DNA of 64,000 nucleotides from a virus (IMGVR_UViG_2757320919_000001:32001-96000); one strand, 5' to 3'. Positions 39,865 to 49,772 are shown, counted from the first letter of the stretch. The notes: generated from the letters alone by a model not told the origin. Translations and numbers: made by a program.

Positions 39865-42800
39865 TTAATTTATATTGAACGCATATATATAAGAACTATC
39901 GTTTGTTTCAGAGTCATTATTGCTTATTTCCAAATCATTATCTATACTGCCTTCTATTTTGTCTCCATTATCATTTACATAATACCATATAGCTTTTACA
40001 TCAGAAACAGATGTTTGACCATAATATCCGTCTCCTACATACAATATTTTATTAGGAATCTTTTTAGATAATAAAGTTATTTTAAGTTGTTTAACACTAG
40101 CATCAGACCATAGCGAACATTGATCAGCATTTCCAAGATATTGTTTGAATATATTAGTAACGCAATGATATGAAGGGTCATTATATATACCAGTAGTATC
40201 CACATCAACTTTTATATCTTGACTGCTAGGAGTTAAAGAACTGACTTCAGAATATCCAGAAAGGTTACCCAACCCATCTAGAGATAGCAATATTTGACCA
40301 CTATTTAACCCTTTAACTATTTGTTTTGTAGAAGCATATCCGTTATCAAATCCTATTTTAACACCGCTCATACAACCACCATATTGGCCACTTCTTAATC
40401 TTACATTACAAGTAATTTCTATTTTTCTAAGGTTTGGTTTAATTTCATCTCCTGTTACTATATTTACCCATTTATTAGCACCAGAAGTATTGTCTATACA
40501 CATATATACAGCTTTATTAGTTGTATCAGAGTATAGAGAACCTACTTTATTAGGGTTTAATGAAAAATTAGGTTTGCCTGACCCTGTAAGTAATTCTGCA
40601 TTTTTATTAATTCTATTATTTATGTAATTTATAGAATCAAGAACAGATATTAAAAACATACCATCTTTATAATCTATATTAATATTCACAGGACTATTAT
40701 TTCCAGAGCTGCCTTTAATATTGAAGGTTTTTACAATAGTATTTTCTATAAACAATTCAATTTTACAGTCTTTAGAATATAAAAAAGGATTTGTAGCACT
40801 AGTTCCAAATAATTGAAAAGATATATTATCAACTTGTTTGGAGCTATTTATATCAACTTGGTAATAAGGATTTTTTAACCCATCATTACTTAAGAATAAA
40901 GAGTATTTTTTATTATATTCTCTAAAAGGATTTGGTATATCATAAACTCCACTATAATCATAAGCTCCATTAGTTTTAACAGTTACTAAGGCGTTACTTC
41001 CACTAGAAAGATCTACACTAGATGAATTAAAATCAGAAGGTCTTGTAGATAATAAAGCATCATTATCATTATATACTGTATCATCTCCTATTAAATTTAA
41101 ACCTATTTTATTATTTTCTCTATCAATAACTTCAACCCCATAAGGTTTAAGGTACTCATCATCTCCTTTAAGTTTTATCTTGAAATTACTAACTACTACT
41201 GTATCACCAGATGAATAATTAGAGCTATCAGTTGTCGCAGATATTTTTACACAAATATTTTTTGTATTTAAAGAACTAACATCATTGTAAGGTACTAATG
41301 GAGTATTACTAATATTATATGCTACATTGTCTGCAATATTTTTATCTAGGTATTCTTTATGTATTAGTTGTTTGCTGTCTGTAATTTTTTCATTGTTTAT
41401 ATTCATATACACTTTATTATTAAAAGTAGTTATACCATTTATAGATTGATGTGCTTCAGATGTTAGAACTTTTAATGGTTTCAATGATTTTTCTACTAAA
41501 TTATATACTGATCCACTTTCAGTCCCATCTCTTCCTGTTACATTCATACCTGTAGATACAAGGAAATTAATAACATCGTTTGTATTTTTTCTTAGGTGCA
41601 TAACTAATGATCCTGCAAAAGTAGGAGCACCTATTTGTATAGTATCAGCTTTAACAGAACTTCCTATTTTGAGTAATGTTATTTTAAATGGACAATCCAT
41701 ATCTAGGTTTGAACCCATATAATAATCATAACATAAATCAGATACAGAACCCCAATATTCTAACATAGCTCCATACCCGTATTTAGCAGAATATTGCTTA
41801 GCAGCAGAAAATGATATTTCTAATAATATCTCATTTTCTGCTACTTCATAAGATTCTAATGTTGATACACTATCAGAATAAGTTACATTTGTTTTACTGT
41901 TATCAGAAGTTAGAACTGCAATAACTTTAGTTCCACTAGTTGTATCAAAAGCATTTGAAGATACTTTATAAGCTTTATATGTAATATTTCTTATAGTATC
42001 TTTTATATTAACATACCCACAATATCCTGTTCCATAGCTTGCACTACCACTAAATGAAACATCTATGTAATCTCCATTTTTTAGAGTTACAGGGCTCTCA
42101 TCAAACATAGATTGCAACATATTATTTATTGTTTGTTTAAATTCTTTAAGTCTTACAAGTTGTAATTCCATATCTGCAGGCTTTAAAGAGCATATATTAT
42201 TTTCTAACACATGTATTGATTTAATTGCTTGAGATATATTACTATACAGAATATCTCCTGCAATTTTGCTGACAGGAGTATGAATATAAGTCATATCCGC
42301 AGATTCGTATGTATTTTCTACAGGATCTAGTGTATCTGTTTTTACTGTTAATTTTTCAGAACCATTTGTAGTCATAGATATACTTACAATATCTGGAGTA
42401 TTAATACCAAGTTTATCTATTTTTATAGATACTTTTCTATTATTTGTTATATCATTTTGACTTCCAGAATAATAATCATATATTAAATCTCCGTCTTTTT
42501 TATTAGCGTTTCTAGCAAACATGGCTCCATAACCATATCCACTAGAATAAACAGATATAGTATCATAAGATAGTATAACTCTAACTTCTCCTTCTTTAAG
42601 CTCATATTGTTTAAGCTCATCAACTGTTTTAGTTATATCAAACTTAACATCTATATTTTTTGTATAATCAGTTCTAGAAAGTATAACAACCATTTCCTTT
42701 GAAGGATTTTCTGTAAATGATGTTTTATCTGCCATTATAGCTTTATATTCATTGCCTACTATATCTTTTAGGAATACATTTTTTAATTGTTGTGCAGAGT

Positions 42801-43830
42801 ACACTACTGGATTTGCATATCCAAAAGTTATTTCTGTAACAGAATTTTGTGTAAGTGCTGTATGATCAGGAAGCTTTATACCTCCAGGATTATCTAAAAT
42901 GTATCCCAAATTAACTGCATGATTTCTTTCAGAAGGAACAGATTCTAGTAAAATATGATCTACATAAGTTTGATCACCTGTAAATGTATTTGATTTATTG
43001 GTTTTAGCTGTTGTTTTAAACTTATCATCTACACTATTTATAGCATTAACTAAATTATCTTTAGAAACTTCATTATTTAGTGAATTTAAATCACCAATAA
43101 CAGATTCAACTTTGTCATTTATTTGTTTTGTTGTCCAGCTCAAAATAGCCACATCATCAGAATCAACAGGTGTTAATGCTTTTAATTTTCCTGTGAATTT
43201 TTTAATACCATTTATTGCTACTTGGTCTGAAGTTATATCAACAAATTTACTAGCATCAAAAGATTTACCTAAATCATACCAAGTTTTACCATTCCATATA
43301 TACATATATCCAGTATCTTCAGCATACCATACATCACCTATCTTTTTATTAACAATGGCTTCTATTTCTGTATATGTAGGTTTTGATCCTTTATATGAAA
43401 ATACATTAGATAGTAGATCTTTAACTTCTTTTATGTTATTGTCAAACTGTTTCTTTCTAATAACATGATTATCTAGTGTTGCATCTACTTCTACTGAAGG
43501 TGCTTCTGTAAAAGTATTAGCTTTTGTAAAAATATTAACTGCATCTTTCTTTGCATAATCAGTTAAATTAATTTCAGGTGGTACTATTTCGTCTATTTTA
43601 TCATCTATCTCTTGTTTAGTATATGTTTCTTCTTTTGTAGCAAATTTATCCAAATTTAAATCTGTTATATCAGCTACAACATGTGTATGAATTTTATCTG
43701 CTTTCTTATCTAATAAACTATTTGTTTCTGGTTTTGTATAATAGTTAGATAAATCAGGACCATCTGGATCAATTGGGGGTTCAGGCTTAAATACAATATC
43801 ATCCCCACCAAAAAAATCAGGATGCATCAT
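39865..43830 (-). CDS. FlaGrab/Gp047-like flagellar-glycan-binding, tail-fibre-like protein (5' end frameshifted)
   Basis: DLSNYYTKPE..LLDKKADKIHTH fibre repeats; about 1.36 k aa when joined to the upstream MIEPKREP ORF; resembles NCTC12673 Gp047 as I recall it. Confidence 0.75.
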   Translation of the reverse strand: MMHPDFFGGDDIVFKPEPPIDPDGPDLSNYYTKPETNSLLDKKADKIHTHVVADITDLNLDKFATKEETYTKQEIDDKIDEIVPPEINLTDYAKKDAVNIFTKANTFTEAPSVEVDATLDNHVIRKKQFDNNIKEVKDLLSNVFSYKGSKPTYTEIEAIVNKKIGDVWYAEDTGYMYIWNGKTWYDLGKSFDASKFVDITSDQVAINGIKKFTGKLKALTPVDSDDVAILSWTTKQINDKVESVIGDLNSLNNEVSKDNLVNAINSVDDKFKTTAKTNKSNTFTGDQTYVDHILLESVPSERNHAVNLGYILDNPGGIKLPDHTALTQNSVTEITFGYANPVVYSAQQLKNVFLKDIVGNEYKAIMADKTSFTENPSKEMVVILSRTDYTKNIDVKFDITKTVDELKQYELKEGEVRVILSYDTISVYSSGYGYGAMFARNANKKDGDLIYDYYSGSQNDITNNRKVSIKIDKLGINTPDIVSISMTTNGSEKLTVKTDTLDPVENTYESADMTYIHTPVSKIAGDILYSNISQAIKSIHVLENNICSLKPADMELQLVRLKEFKQTINNMLQSMFDESPVTLKNGDYIDVSFSGSASYGTGYCGYVNIKDTIRNITYKAYKVSSNAFDTTSGTKVIAVLTSDNSKTNVTYSDSVSTLESYEVAENEILLEISFSAAKQYSAKYGYGAMLEYWGSVSDLCYDYYMGSNLDMDCPFKITLLKIGSSVKADTIQIGAPTFAGSLVMHLRKNTNDVINFLVSTGMNVTGRDGTESGSVYNLVEKSLKPLKVLTSEAHQSINGITTFNNKVYMNINNEKITDSKQLIHKEYLDKNIADNVAYNISNTPLVPYNDVSSLNTKNICVKISATTDSSNYSSGDTVVVSNFKIKLKGDDEYLKPYGVEVIDRENNKIGLNLIGDDTVYNDNDALLSTRPSDFNSSSVDLSSGSNALVTVKTNGAYDYSGVYDIPNPFREYNKKYSLFLSNDGLKNPYYQVDINSSKQVDNISFQLFGTSATNPFLYSKDCKIELFIENTIVKTFNIKGSSGNNSPVNINIDYKDGMFLISVLDSINYINNRINKNAELLTGSGKPNFSLNPNKVGSLYSDTTNKAVYMCIDNTSGANKWVNIVTGDEIKPNLRKIEITCNVRLRSGQYGGCMSGVKIGFDNGYASTKQIVKGLNSGQILLSLDGLGNLSGYSEVSSLTPSSQDIKVDVDTTGIYNDPSYHCVTNIFKQYLGNADQCSLWSDASVKQLKITLLSKKIPNKILYVGDGYYGQTSVSDVKAIWYYVNDNGDKIEGSIDNDLEISNNDSETNDSSYIYAFNIN

Positions 43831-43837
43831 AGCTATT

Positions 43838-43960
43838 TCAGCAGGATAATTGACTCCTGGTATTAATAAAATAGGATATAAGATCAGTACTAATCCATCT
43901 AGGTTCTTTTAATAAACATACAAAAAAATCTTGTGTAGGTTCTCTTTTTGGTTCTATCAT
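43838..43960 (-). CDS. N-terminal 40-codon segment of the FlaGrab-like gene (out of frame with the main ORF)
   Basis: ATG at 43960 with AGGA SD and late promoter; MIEPKREPTQDFFVCLLKEPRWISTD... Confidence 0.65.
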   Translation of the reverse strand: MIEPKREPTQDFFVCLLKEPRWISTDLISYFINTRSQLSC

Positions 43961-43964
43961 AACA

Positions 43965-44004
43965 CAGTCCTATAATATCTAATTTATAGATATTTATAAG
44001 ACTG
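43965..44004 (-). promoter_or_regulatory. late promoter in an SD-sequestering hairpin
   Basis: CAGTCT TATAAATA TCTA TAAAT TAGA TATTATA GGACTG, then TGTT ATG. Confidence 0.7.
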
Positions 44005-44011
44005 CTAATAA

Positions 44012-45037
44012 TTACATCCAATCATCAAATAAAGAAATACCCATGTTACTGTTAAATGAAGCTATACTATCACTGTGTTTTTTACAATTATATTTTAAGA
44101 AAAATTTAAGAAGATTATTAAGATCTATTGTTGGTTTTTCCAAATTATACTGTTCTATAATGCTTTCTTTAATATTATCAGGTATTTCTCTAAAATCAAT
44201 TAATGTTTTATTTCTGATAAAATTATCATAAACAAGTTTATTTTTTTCTAAATTTTCATTTAAGTTTTCTGAGAATTTCTTAGCCCCTACTTCACCAAAA
44301 TAAGCTGGTTTAAAAGGTGATTTTTCAGACTGCTTAGAATATAAATCATATAATGTTTTTGATATTTCTAATTTATTGAAATTATTTACATCTGTTTCAA
44401 AAATACCATTAGTTTCAAGAAACTTTATAAAGTCAGGTGTGAAAGTTGTGCCTTCCATTATTGATGGAATATTATCTGCTTTGTCACCAAGTAAAATATG
44501 CATAGTTAATGTTTTTGTTATTTCTGATTCTTCTATATTTCTAAAGAACTCTTTCTTAATAGGTTTAAACAAAGTTATATGTTTGTTTATTAGCAACTGC
44601 ATAAAATCTTTATCTTCAGAAACAACTAATACAGGTTTAGCAGTATGATTTGCTAATACAGCAATAATGTCATCACCTTCAGCACCTTTTACTCTTAAAA
44701 CTTTATATGGTAGTGATTTTTTGATAACATCAATAATTTCATTAACAGCTGGAAACACTTCGTTTTCCCAATCAAAAACATCCGATAACTTTCTGTTTGT
44801 TTTATATTCAGGATAATATGACTTTCTCCATGAATTAGATCCTTCCAAAGCAAGGATAATTTCATTCCCATAATCTCTTGCATATTCTGTTTGAATTAAT
44901 TTTAGATAATTAAATATTAAATGAACAAACATACCATGGTATTTTTCAAAACTAAGTTTCTGTTTGCTATACATATCTTTTCCAACAGCTACATATAAAC
45001 TTTTAAAAGCTAAATGCATAAAATCAATTAAAACCAT
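44012..45037 (-). CDS. rnh: T4 RNase H-like 5'-3' exonuclease
   Basis: LIDF, SWRK.YYPEYK.NR, EGDDIIA, VSEDKDFMQL, GDKADNIP. Confidence 0.93.
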   Translation of the reverse strand: MVLIDFMHLAFKSLYVAVGKDMYSKQKLSFEKYHGMFVHLIFNYLKLIQTEYARDYGNEIILALEGSNSWRKSYYPEYKTNRKLSDVFDWENEVFPAVNEIIDVIKKSLPYKVLRVKGAEGDDIIAVLANHTAKPVLVVSEDKDFMQLLINKHITLFKPIKKEFFRNIEESEITKTLTMHILLGDKADNIPSIMEGTTFTPDFIKFLETNGIFETDVNNFNKLEISKTLYDLYSKQSEKSPFKPAYFGEVGAKKFSENLNENLEKNKLVYDNFIRNKTLIDFREIPDNIKESIIEQYNLEKPTIDLNNLLKFFLKYNCKKHSDSIASFNSNMGISLFDDWM

Positions 45038-45155
45038 TTATAGCCCCTTTCTTATGTTTTTCTTTTCGTGTATATTTTGTTTTATTTTTAATAAATCTTG
45101 TCTGCAGATTTATCTCTCTCTTAAACGACTTTATAATGGATCCATCTCGTTTCAT
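45024..45155 (-). CDS. 43-aa basic micro-protein, ArfA-like
   Basis: Not in ORF track. MKRDGSIIKSFKREINLQTRFIKNKTKYTRKEKHKKGAINGFN; ATGA overlap with the gene 62 stop; strong GGAGG/AGGA SD. Confidence 0.7.
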   Translation of the reverse strand: MKRDGSIIKSFKREINLQTRFIKNKTKYTRKEKHKKGAINGFN

Positions 45156-45538
45156 TTTATCCTACCTCCTTTAAACATATTTAAAACTTCTTCTTGTTTT
45201 TCTTTAGGTAGAATACTACAATACTGTTTAGCTACATCAAAAGATACATTATAATATTTACTAACAGCTTCTTCATATTCATTTAATTTATCTTCTTTTG
45301 GAGGTCTCCCCATATAAGTTACTTTATTCATTATTGAGCGTGCAAACCAATACTGAACATTTATAGGTATATCGGTATGATTGTTAATAAAATTAGCAAA
45401 CTCAACAGAATGAATATCATTACTCATCCATCTACATAACATAAACGAATTTAATAAATTCATTTCATTTTTATTAGGTATAAAGTCTTTTTTATACGCA
45501 GAAACCATAACTTCATATTGTGAATGTGTTATATTCAT
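45152..45538 (-). CDS. 62: clamp loader small subunit gp62
   Basis: FMLCRWMS...ANFIN...QYWF, AVSKYYNVS...AKQY..IL pattern. Confidence 0.8.
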   Translation of the reverse strand: MNITHSQYEVMVSAYKKDFIPNKNEMNLLNSFMLCRWMSNDIHSVEFANFINNHTDIPINVQYWFARSIMNKVTYMGRPPKEDKLNEYEEAVSKYYNVSFDVAKQYCSILPKEKQEEVLNMFKGGRIK

Positions 45539-45550
45539 TTATTTTTCCTT

Positions 45551-45583
45551 AAATGCTACAATTGTTTTATAATTGTAGCATTT
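45551..45583 (-). terminator. hairpin after gene 32
   Basis: AAATGCTACAATT-N7-AATTGTAGCATTT. Confidence 0.55.
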
Positions 45584-45589
45584 TAAACC

Positions 45590-46507
45590 TTAAAGATTAT
45601 TTAACCAATCATCATCCTGACTGTTTTCTTGCTTAGGTTTTTGTTGTTGAACCACTTGTTGTTGAGGTTGTGGTTTTGATTCTTGTGTTTCAAATGGTGG
45701 ATTATCATTTGTTTTTCCAACCACTGATGGAACACTTGAAGTTTTAGTACCAAAAGGATTTTTAAACCTTTCTAGTTTTTCTTTTAATTCTTCATAAGAA
45801 GGAAAATACTCAGGCTTTGTAAACTCACTTAAATCATAAGTTTTGTTAAGAATTATGTCTATAATATCTTCGTTTTTTTCTAACCCGCCTAACTTTGAAG
45901 GTGATGGTGCTAAACTTGTGTTATCATAGTTAAAGAAACCTGATTGTGGATCTTTTTTAATAGTTAGCTCTATATTATAACCATTTATAGGGTTATATAG
46001 TTCTTTTTCTGTATGTCCTAGAGACCTTTGTGTTTCATCTGGATTAATCCAAGCTAGGAACTTTTCTTTTAACTTACTTCCAAATTCAAATAGAAACACT
46101 TTACCTTCATTTTCAGGATTAGCTGGATCTTTTACAACTAAAATGTTAGTATAGTATTTTACCTTTCTACCATATAGTGATCTTGCCAATTTCTCATCAC
46201 CACTATTTAATACTTCAAAATATTCTTCTTGAATAGGACAAGGTAATCCAATTGTACTTGGACTATTTGCTATTAACCAGCGATCTTTGCCACCTACATT
46301 CTTTTTAGAGTTATAGTGATACACACAAACAAAAGGTACTTTATTGCGATCTGTTATTAACCTGATCATAGCAGCACCATTGCCCTCTTTGTTTTTGGAC
46401 AACTTCCAAAATCTGTTATCAACATAACTTTTTTGACCAATATTTTGTGGCATTTTTTGCATTAAATCTGCACCTGAAAATCCTGTTAAAATGTCAAATT
46501 CATTCAT
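45590..46507 (-). CDS. 32: single-stranded DNA-binding protein gp32
   Basis: DNRFWKL, GAAMIR, YYTNILVVKDPANPENEGKVFLFEFG, acidic tail DDDWLNNL. Confidence 0.95.
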   Translation of the reverse strand: MNEFDILTGFSGADLMQKMPQNIGQKSYVDNRFWKLSKNKEGNGAAMIRLITDRNKVPFVCVYHYNSKKNVGGKDRWLIANSPSTIGLPCPIQEEYFEVLNSGDEKLARSLYGRKVKYYTNILVVKDPANPENEGKVFLFEFGSKLKEKFLAWINPDETQRSLGHTEKELYNPINGYNIELTIKKDPQSGFFNYDNTSLAPSPSKLGGLEKNEDIIDIILNKTYDLSEFTKPEYFPSYEELKEKLERFKNPFGTKTSSVPSVVGKTNDNPPFETQESKPQPQQQVVQQQKPKQENSQDDDWLNNL

Positions 46508-46594
46508 AATAAATTTCCTTTAAAAATAGCTGAAAATAAGATTAATAAATTAATCAACAATAGCCAAATATCCCATATCTTTTAGATATACGAA

Positions 46595-48283
46595 ATTATA
46601 TAATATTTATCCTTAAAATCAACTTAATTTAATCCAAACACCCTGACCACAATCCCACACTCTATAAAATCCATTCAATTTCATATTTTCTGATTCAGTC
46701 AAGTTTGGATCAAACTTCTCTAGTTTGTCTTTGAGTTTATGCTTCATAAATTGTTGCCTTGAATATGTCTTATTATTTTTAAAATAATAGTAACCAGGAC
46801 TAGAATAGTGACTAAATGTAAATCCAAGCTTCAAATATATACTTCCATCAGAATAAAGTCTATCTGAGTAGCTTATTAGGCTTCCTTTGTTATGTTTATG
46901 AAAATAGCTAAGTAATTTGGAAGCACCACCTATAACATTTGTGTTCTTCTTAGTACATAATCTAATTAACTCCCAATCATATTTGTCTGTAAACCTAGGT
47001 TTTCCAAAACTCATAAGACAAACTAGCTCATCTTGGTAACAGAGTCCATAACATACAGTTGATCCGGTAAATCCTTGGAGATGATTACTTTCTAAAAACT
47101 CTTTCTCTTCTTTTTTAGATACCTCTCTCAAAATGCATTTTCTAGCCATTATTTTCTTATACTTTCCTAGTTTATTGTTTATAATTGACTTCCATATTTC
47201 TTTTTTCTCTATCCAAGATGATTCAAAAATATGGAGTAATTGTATCCCTTTTTCCTTACATCTCTCTGTTTTATCTAAATGATAGTTCTTATCTTTTCCA
47301 TTACTCTCAGAATGCCAGTAGTCTCCATTACATTCAATAGCTAAGTTATGATCTGGTAAGTAGAAGTCTAGTTCTTTATCACCTAGAATCGAGTAGTCAT
47401 TTTCTATATAATCATCTAGTAAGTTAGATAATTCTTTTTCAAATGAACTAGTAGAAGGGTTGCATATAGGGCATAAAGTTATACCTTTTACAAAATTGCC
47501 AAATGTTCTCTTAAAAACATGACCTTTTGGACACATTAGTTCAAGATTATCTACTAAATCTTCTGAAACAACTTTATAACCAAAATTATTTAAATACTCT
47601 ATTTTGTTGTTTATGTTACACTCAGGACAAGTTGATATACCTTGTTTAAATACTCTAAATGCTCGTTTAAAAACATGCCCATTTTTACATTTTACTTCTA
47701 AATTATTTCCTAAATTGTTTGAGATGACTTCATATCCTAAATTGTTTAAGTACTCTAGTTTCTCTTGCTTCTCACATATAGTACAAATAATAACACCACT
47801 TTCGAATACTTTATATGGTCTTTTAAAAATATGACCATTTTGGCATTCTACTGTTAAATCATTATTTAACTCTTTAGAAACAACTTTATAGCCAAGACTG
47901 TTTATAAAAAGTAGTTTTCTTTGTCTTTCACATTCATTACAAGTTAATTGACCTTTTTTAAAATTGTTTAAAGTTCGTTTAAAAGCATGCCCATTTTTGC
48001 ATTTCACAGTCAAATCATTTGATAAGTTTTCTGAAATAACCTCATAACCTAATTTATTTAAATACTTAATATTTTCCTGCCGTTCACACTCAGGGCAAGC
48101 TGTTGAACCACTTTTAAACCTGCTAAAGGATCTTTTAAAAACATGCCCATTTTTACATTGTACTTCTAAGTCATGACCTAAACTATCCGATATAGTTTCA
48201 TACCCAAGATTATTTAAAAATTCTATTTTATTATTAACTGTCATAATAATATTATATAATAATTATACTTAAAATCAACTTAA
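46595..48283. repeat. 33-bp direct repeats (46595-46627 and 48251-48283; 31/33 identical), each a complete early promoter, flanking Hef 4
   Basis: ATTATATAATATTTATCCTTAAAATCAACTTAA vs ATTATATAATAATTATACTTAAAATCAACTTAA. Confidence 0.85.
46619..48244 (-). CDS. hef: Hef-like endonuclease 4 (5 Zn modules)
   Basis: Same architecture; ATG lies 6 nt after TATAAT with no SD. Confidence 0.9.
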   Translation of the reverse strand: MTVNNKIEFLNNLGYETISDSLGHDLEVQCKNGHVFKRSFSRFKSGSTACPECERQENIKYLNKLGYEVISENLSNDLTVKCKNGHAFKRTLNNFKKGQLTCNECERQRKLLFINSLGYKVVSKELNNDLTVECQNGHIFKRPYKVFESGVIICTICEKQEKLEYLNNLGYEVISNNLGNNLEVKCKNGHVFKRAFRVFKQGISTCPECNINNKIEYLNNFGYKVVSEDLVDNLELMCPKGHVFKRTFGNFVKGITLCPICNPSTSSFEKELSNLLDDYIENDYSILGDKELDFYLPDHNLAIECNGDYWHSESNGKDKNYHLDKTERCKEKGIQLLHIFESSWIEKKEIWKSIINNKLGKYKKIMARKCILREVSKKEEKEFLESNHLQGFTGSTVCYGLCYQDELVCLMSFGKPRFTDKYDWELIRLCTKKNTNVIGGASKLLSYFHKHNKGSLISYSDRLYSDGSIYLKLGFTFSHYSSPGYYYFKNNKTYSRQQFMKHKLKDKLEKFDPNLTESENMKLNGFYRVWDCGQGVWIKLS

Positions 48284-49017
48284 AATATTTTTCGATTTTT
48301 ACGAATATTCTTAGATTTTGATTTTTTATAGTTTTGAATTGCTTTTGCATATAATTTATCAGCAGAATATCCACCACTAAATGATTCAGCTCTTAATCTA
48401 GAAGCCACCAACCATAAGTCTTGTGGAATTATAATACCTCTTCTTGATATTCTTTTTTTAATATATAGTCTTATAACTGGTCCTAAATGCAGTGCAGATA
48501 AAAGTGGTTTAACCATTTTATATGTTATTTTTAATTGTTTATTTTTTTGAATTGCAGCTTTATTCATTTTAAACAATATTTTTATTAAAGCTATACGAAG
48601 TGGTACTGGAGTCCAATGTAAGTTTAAACCTAAAACATAACTTCTTGATGTGCTTAATACTAAAATTAAAGGAGTCTTATCATATACTTCATCTTTAAAT
48701 TTTGCATCATATTGCATAAAAATCATATTACTAAATCTAAAATCTTCTGCTTTAAAATTGCGAGTACCTTTTTTCATTAGTTGCTTAACTATATTAAGAG
48801 CAGCTTTTTCCTGCTCTTTTGTAGTTTTTTCTTTTAAAGCGTCATCAACTGTATCTTTTATTAGTTTTTTGCCAGTGTTTATATTCTTTGCTTCTTCACT
48901 TATAGATTGTGTTTCTTTTGTTTTTTTCTGATAAGATGACACAAAACCAGGTTTTGTGCTATCTACTATATTAGATTGATCAGAACCTGGCTTACTACTG
49001 GAAAAATAATTTGGCAT
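48280..49017 (-). CDS. 2: DNA end protector protein gp2
   Basis: YDAKFKD..YDKTPLI, GLNLHW, IRLY motifs. Confidence 0.8.
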   Translation of the reverse strand: MPNYFSSSKPGSDQSNIVDSTKPGFVSSYQKKTKETQSISEEAKNINTGKKLIKDTVDDALKEKTTKEQEKAALNIVKQLMKKGTRNFKAEDFRFSNMIFMQYDAKFKDEVYDKTPLILVLSTSRSYVLGLNLHWTPVPLRIALIKILFKMNKAAIQKNKQLKITYKMVKPLLSALHLGPVIRLYIKKRISRRGIIIPQDLWLVASRLRAESFSGGYSADKLYAKAIQNYKKSKSKNIRKNRKIF

Positions 49018-49019
49018 GC

Positions 49020-49115
49020 TTATCCTATTCTGTTATATAACTCTTCCATTGTTATATCTTCAATAACACCTGTTTTTTTATTTCTAACTGTAATTTTTGT
49101 GTCACCAGCTACACA
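49020..49115 (-). mobile_element. atypically short (31-aa) split intein N-fragment
   Basis: CVAGDTKITVRNKKTGVIEDITMEELYNRIG*. Confidence 0.88.
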
Positions 49116-49736
49116 TTCATCAATAAAAATTAAATTAATACTAAGACCCCTAAAAGCATCTGGTGTAGTTGCACTAATATATGCTTTACATCCTATTTCA
49201 TTAACAAATGACTCTTTATTATAAACTTTTACGGATGGCTTTAACCATATCGGTAGATCAGCATACATGTCCATTAATCTTTGTAAGTTCTCAGCAGCCA
49301 TAGTAAATTTATTAGCACAAATACCAACAATGGTATCAGGGCAAAAACATAATTTCCATAATATATATAATAAAGTTGTAACAGATTTACCACTTTGTCT
49401 TCCTGCTAATACAACATTGAATCTATTTTCATAATATTGTTGTATTAATTCTTTTTGATAATCTCTTAAGTCAGGATAAACTAAACCTTCATCAAGACTT
49501 CTTATTTTAACATAATTTTCCACAAAATAGATAATATCTACACTACATTTTTGAATCTCTATTATATGTTCTTCTTTTAAAGGTAATTTAGTATTAATAT
49601 ATGAAAGTTGAGGATTATTACCATAGCTAACTTTTTGATTACTAATATCTAAAAAATATCCGTTTTCATCCTGTGGCAACAGTTTATTTAAATAGCTTAT
49701 TCTATCATCTTTTAACTGCTGAATATCTTCAAACAT
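49020..49736 (-). CDS. 17: terminase large subunit N-terminal half fused to a split-intein N-fragment
   Basis: LRDYQ, RQSGKS Walker A, FRG, Walker B IFIDE directly followed by CVAGDTKITV (intein block A) and a stop 31 aa later. Confidence 0.92.
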   Translation of the reverse strand: MFEDIQQLKDDRISYLNKLLPQDENGYFLDISNQKVSYGNNPQLSYINTKLPLKEEHIIEIQKCSVDIIYFVENYVKIRSLDEGLVYPDLRDYQKELIQQYYENRFNVVLAGRQSGKSVTTLLYILWKLCFCPDTIVGICANKFTMAAENLQRLMDMYADLPIWLKPSVKVYNKESFVNEIGCKAYISATTPDAFRGLSINLIFIDECVAGDTKITVRNKKTGVIEDITMEELYNRIG

Positions 49737-49772
49737 AAAATATAATCCTTATATTTTATGGTATTTATAAAG

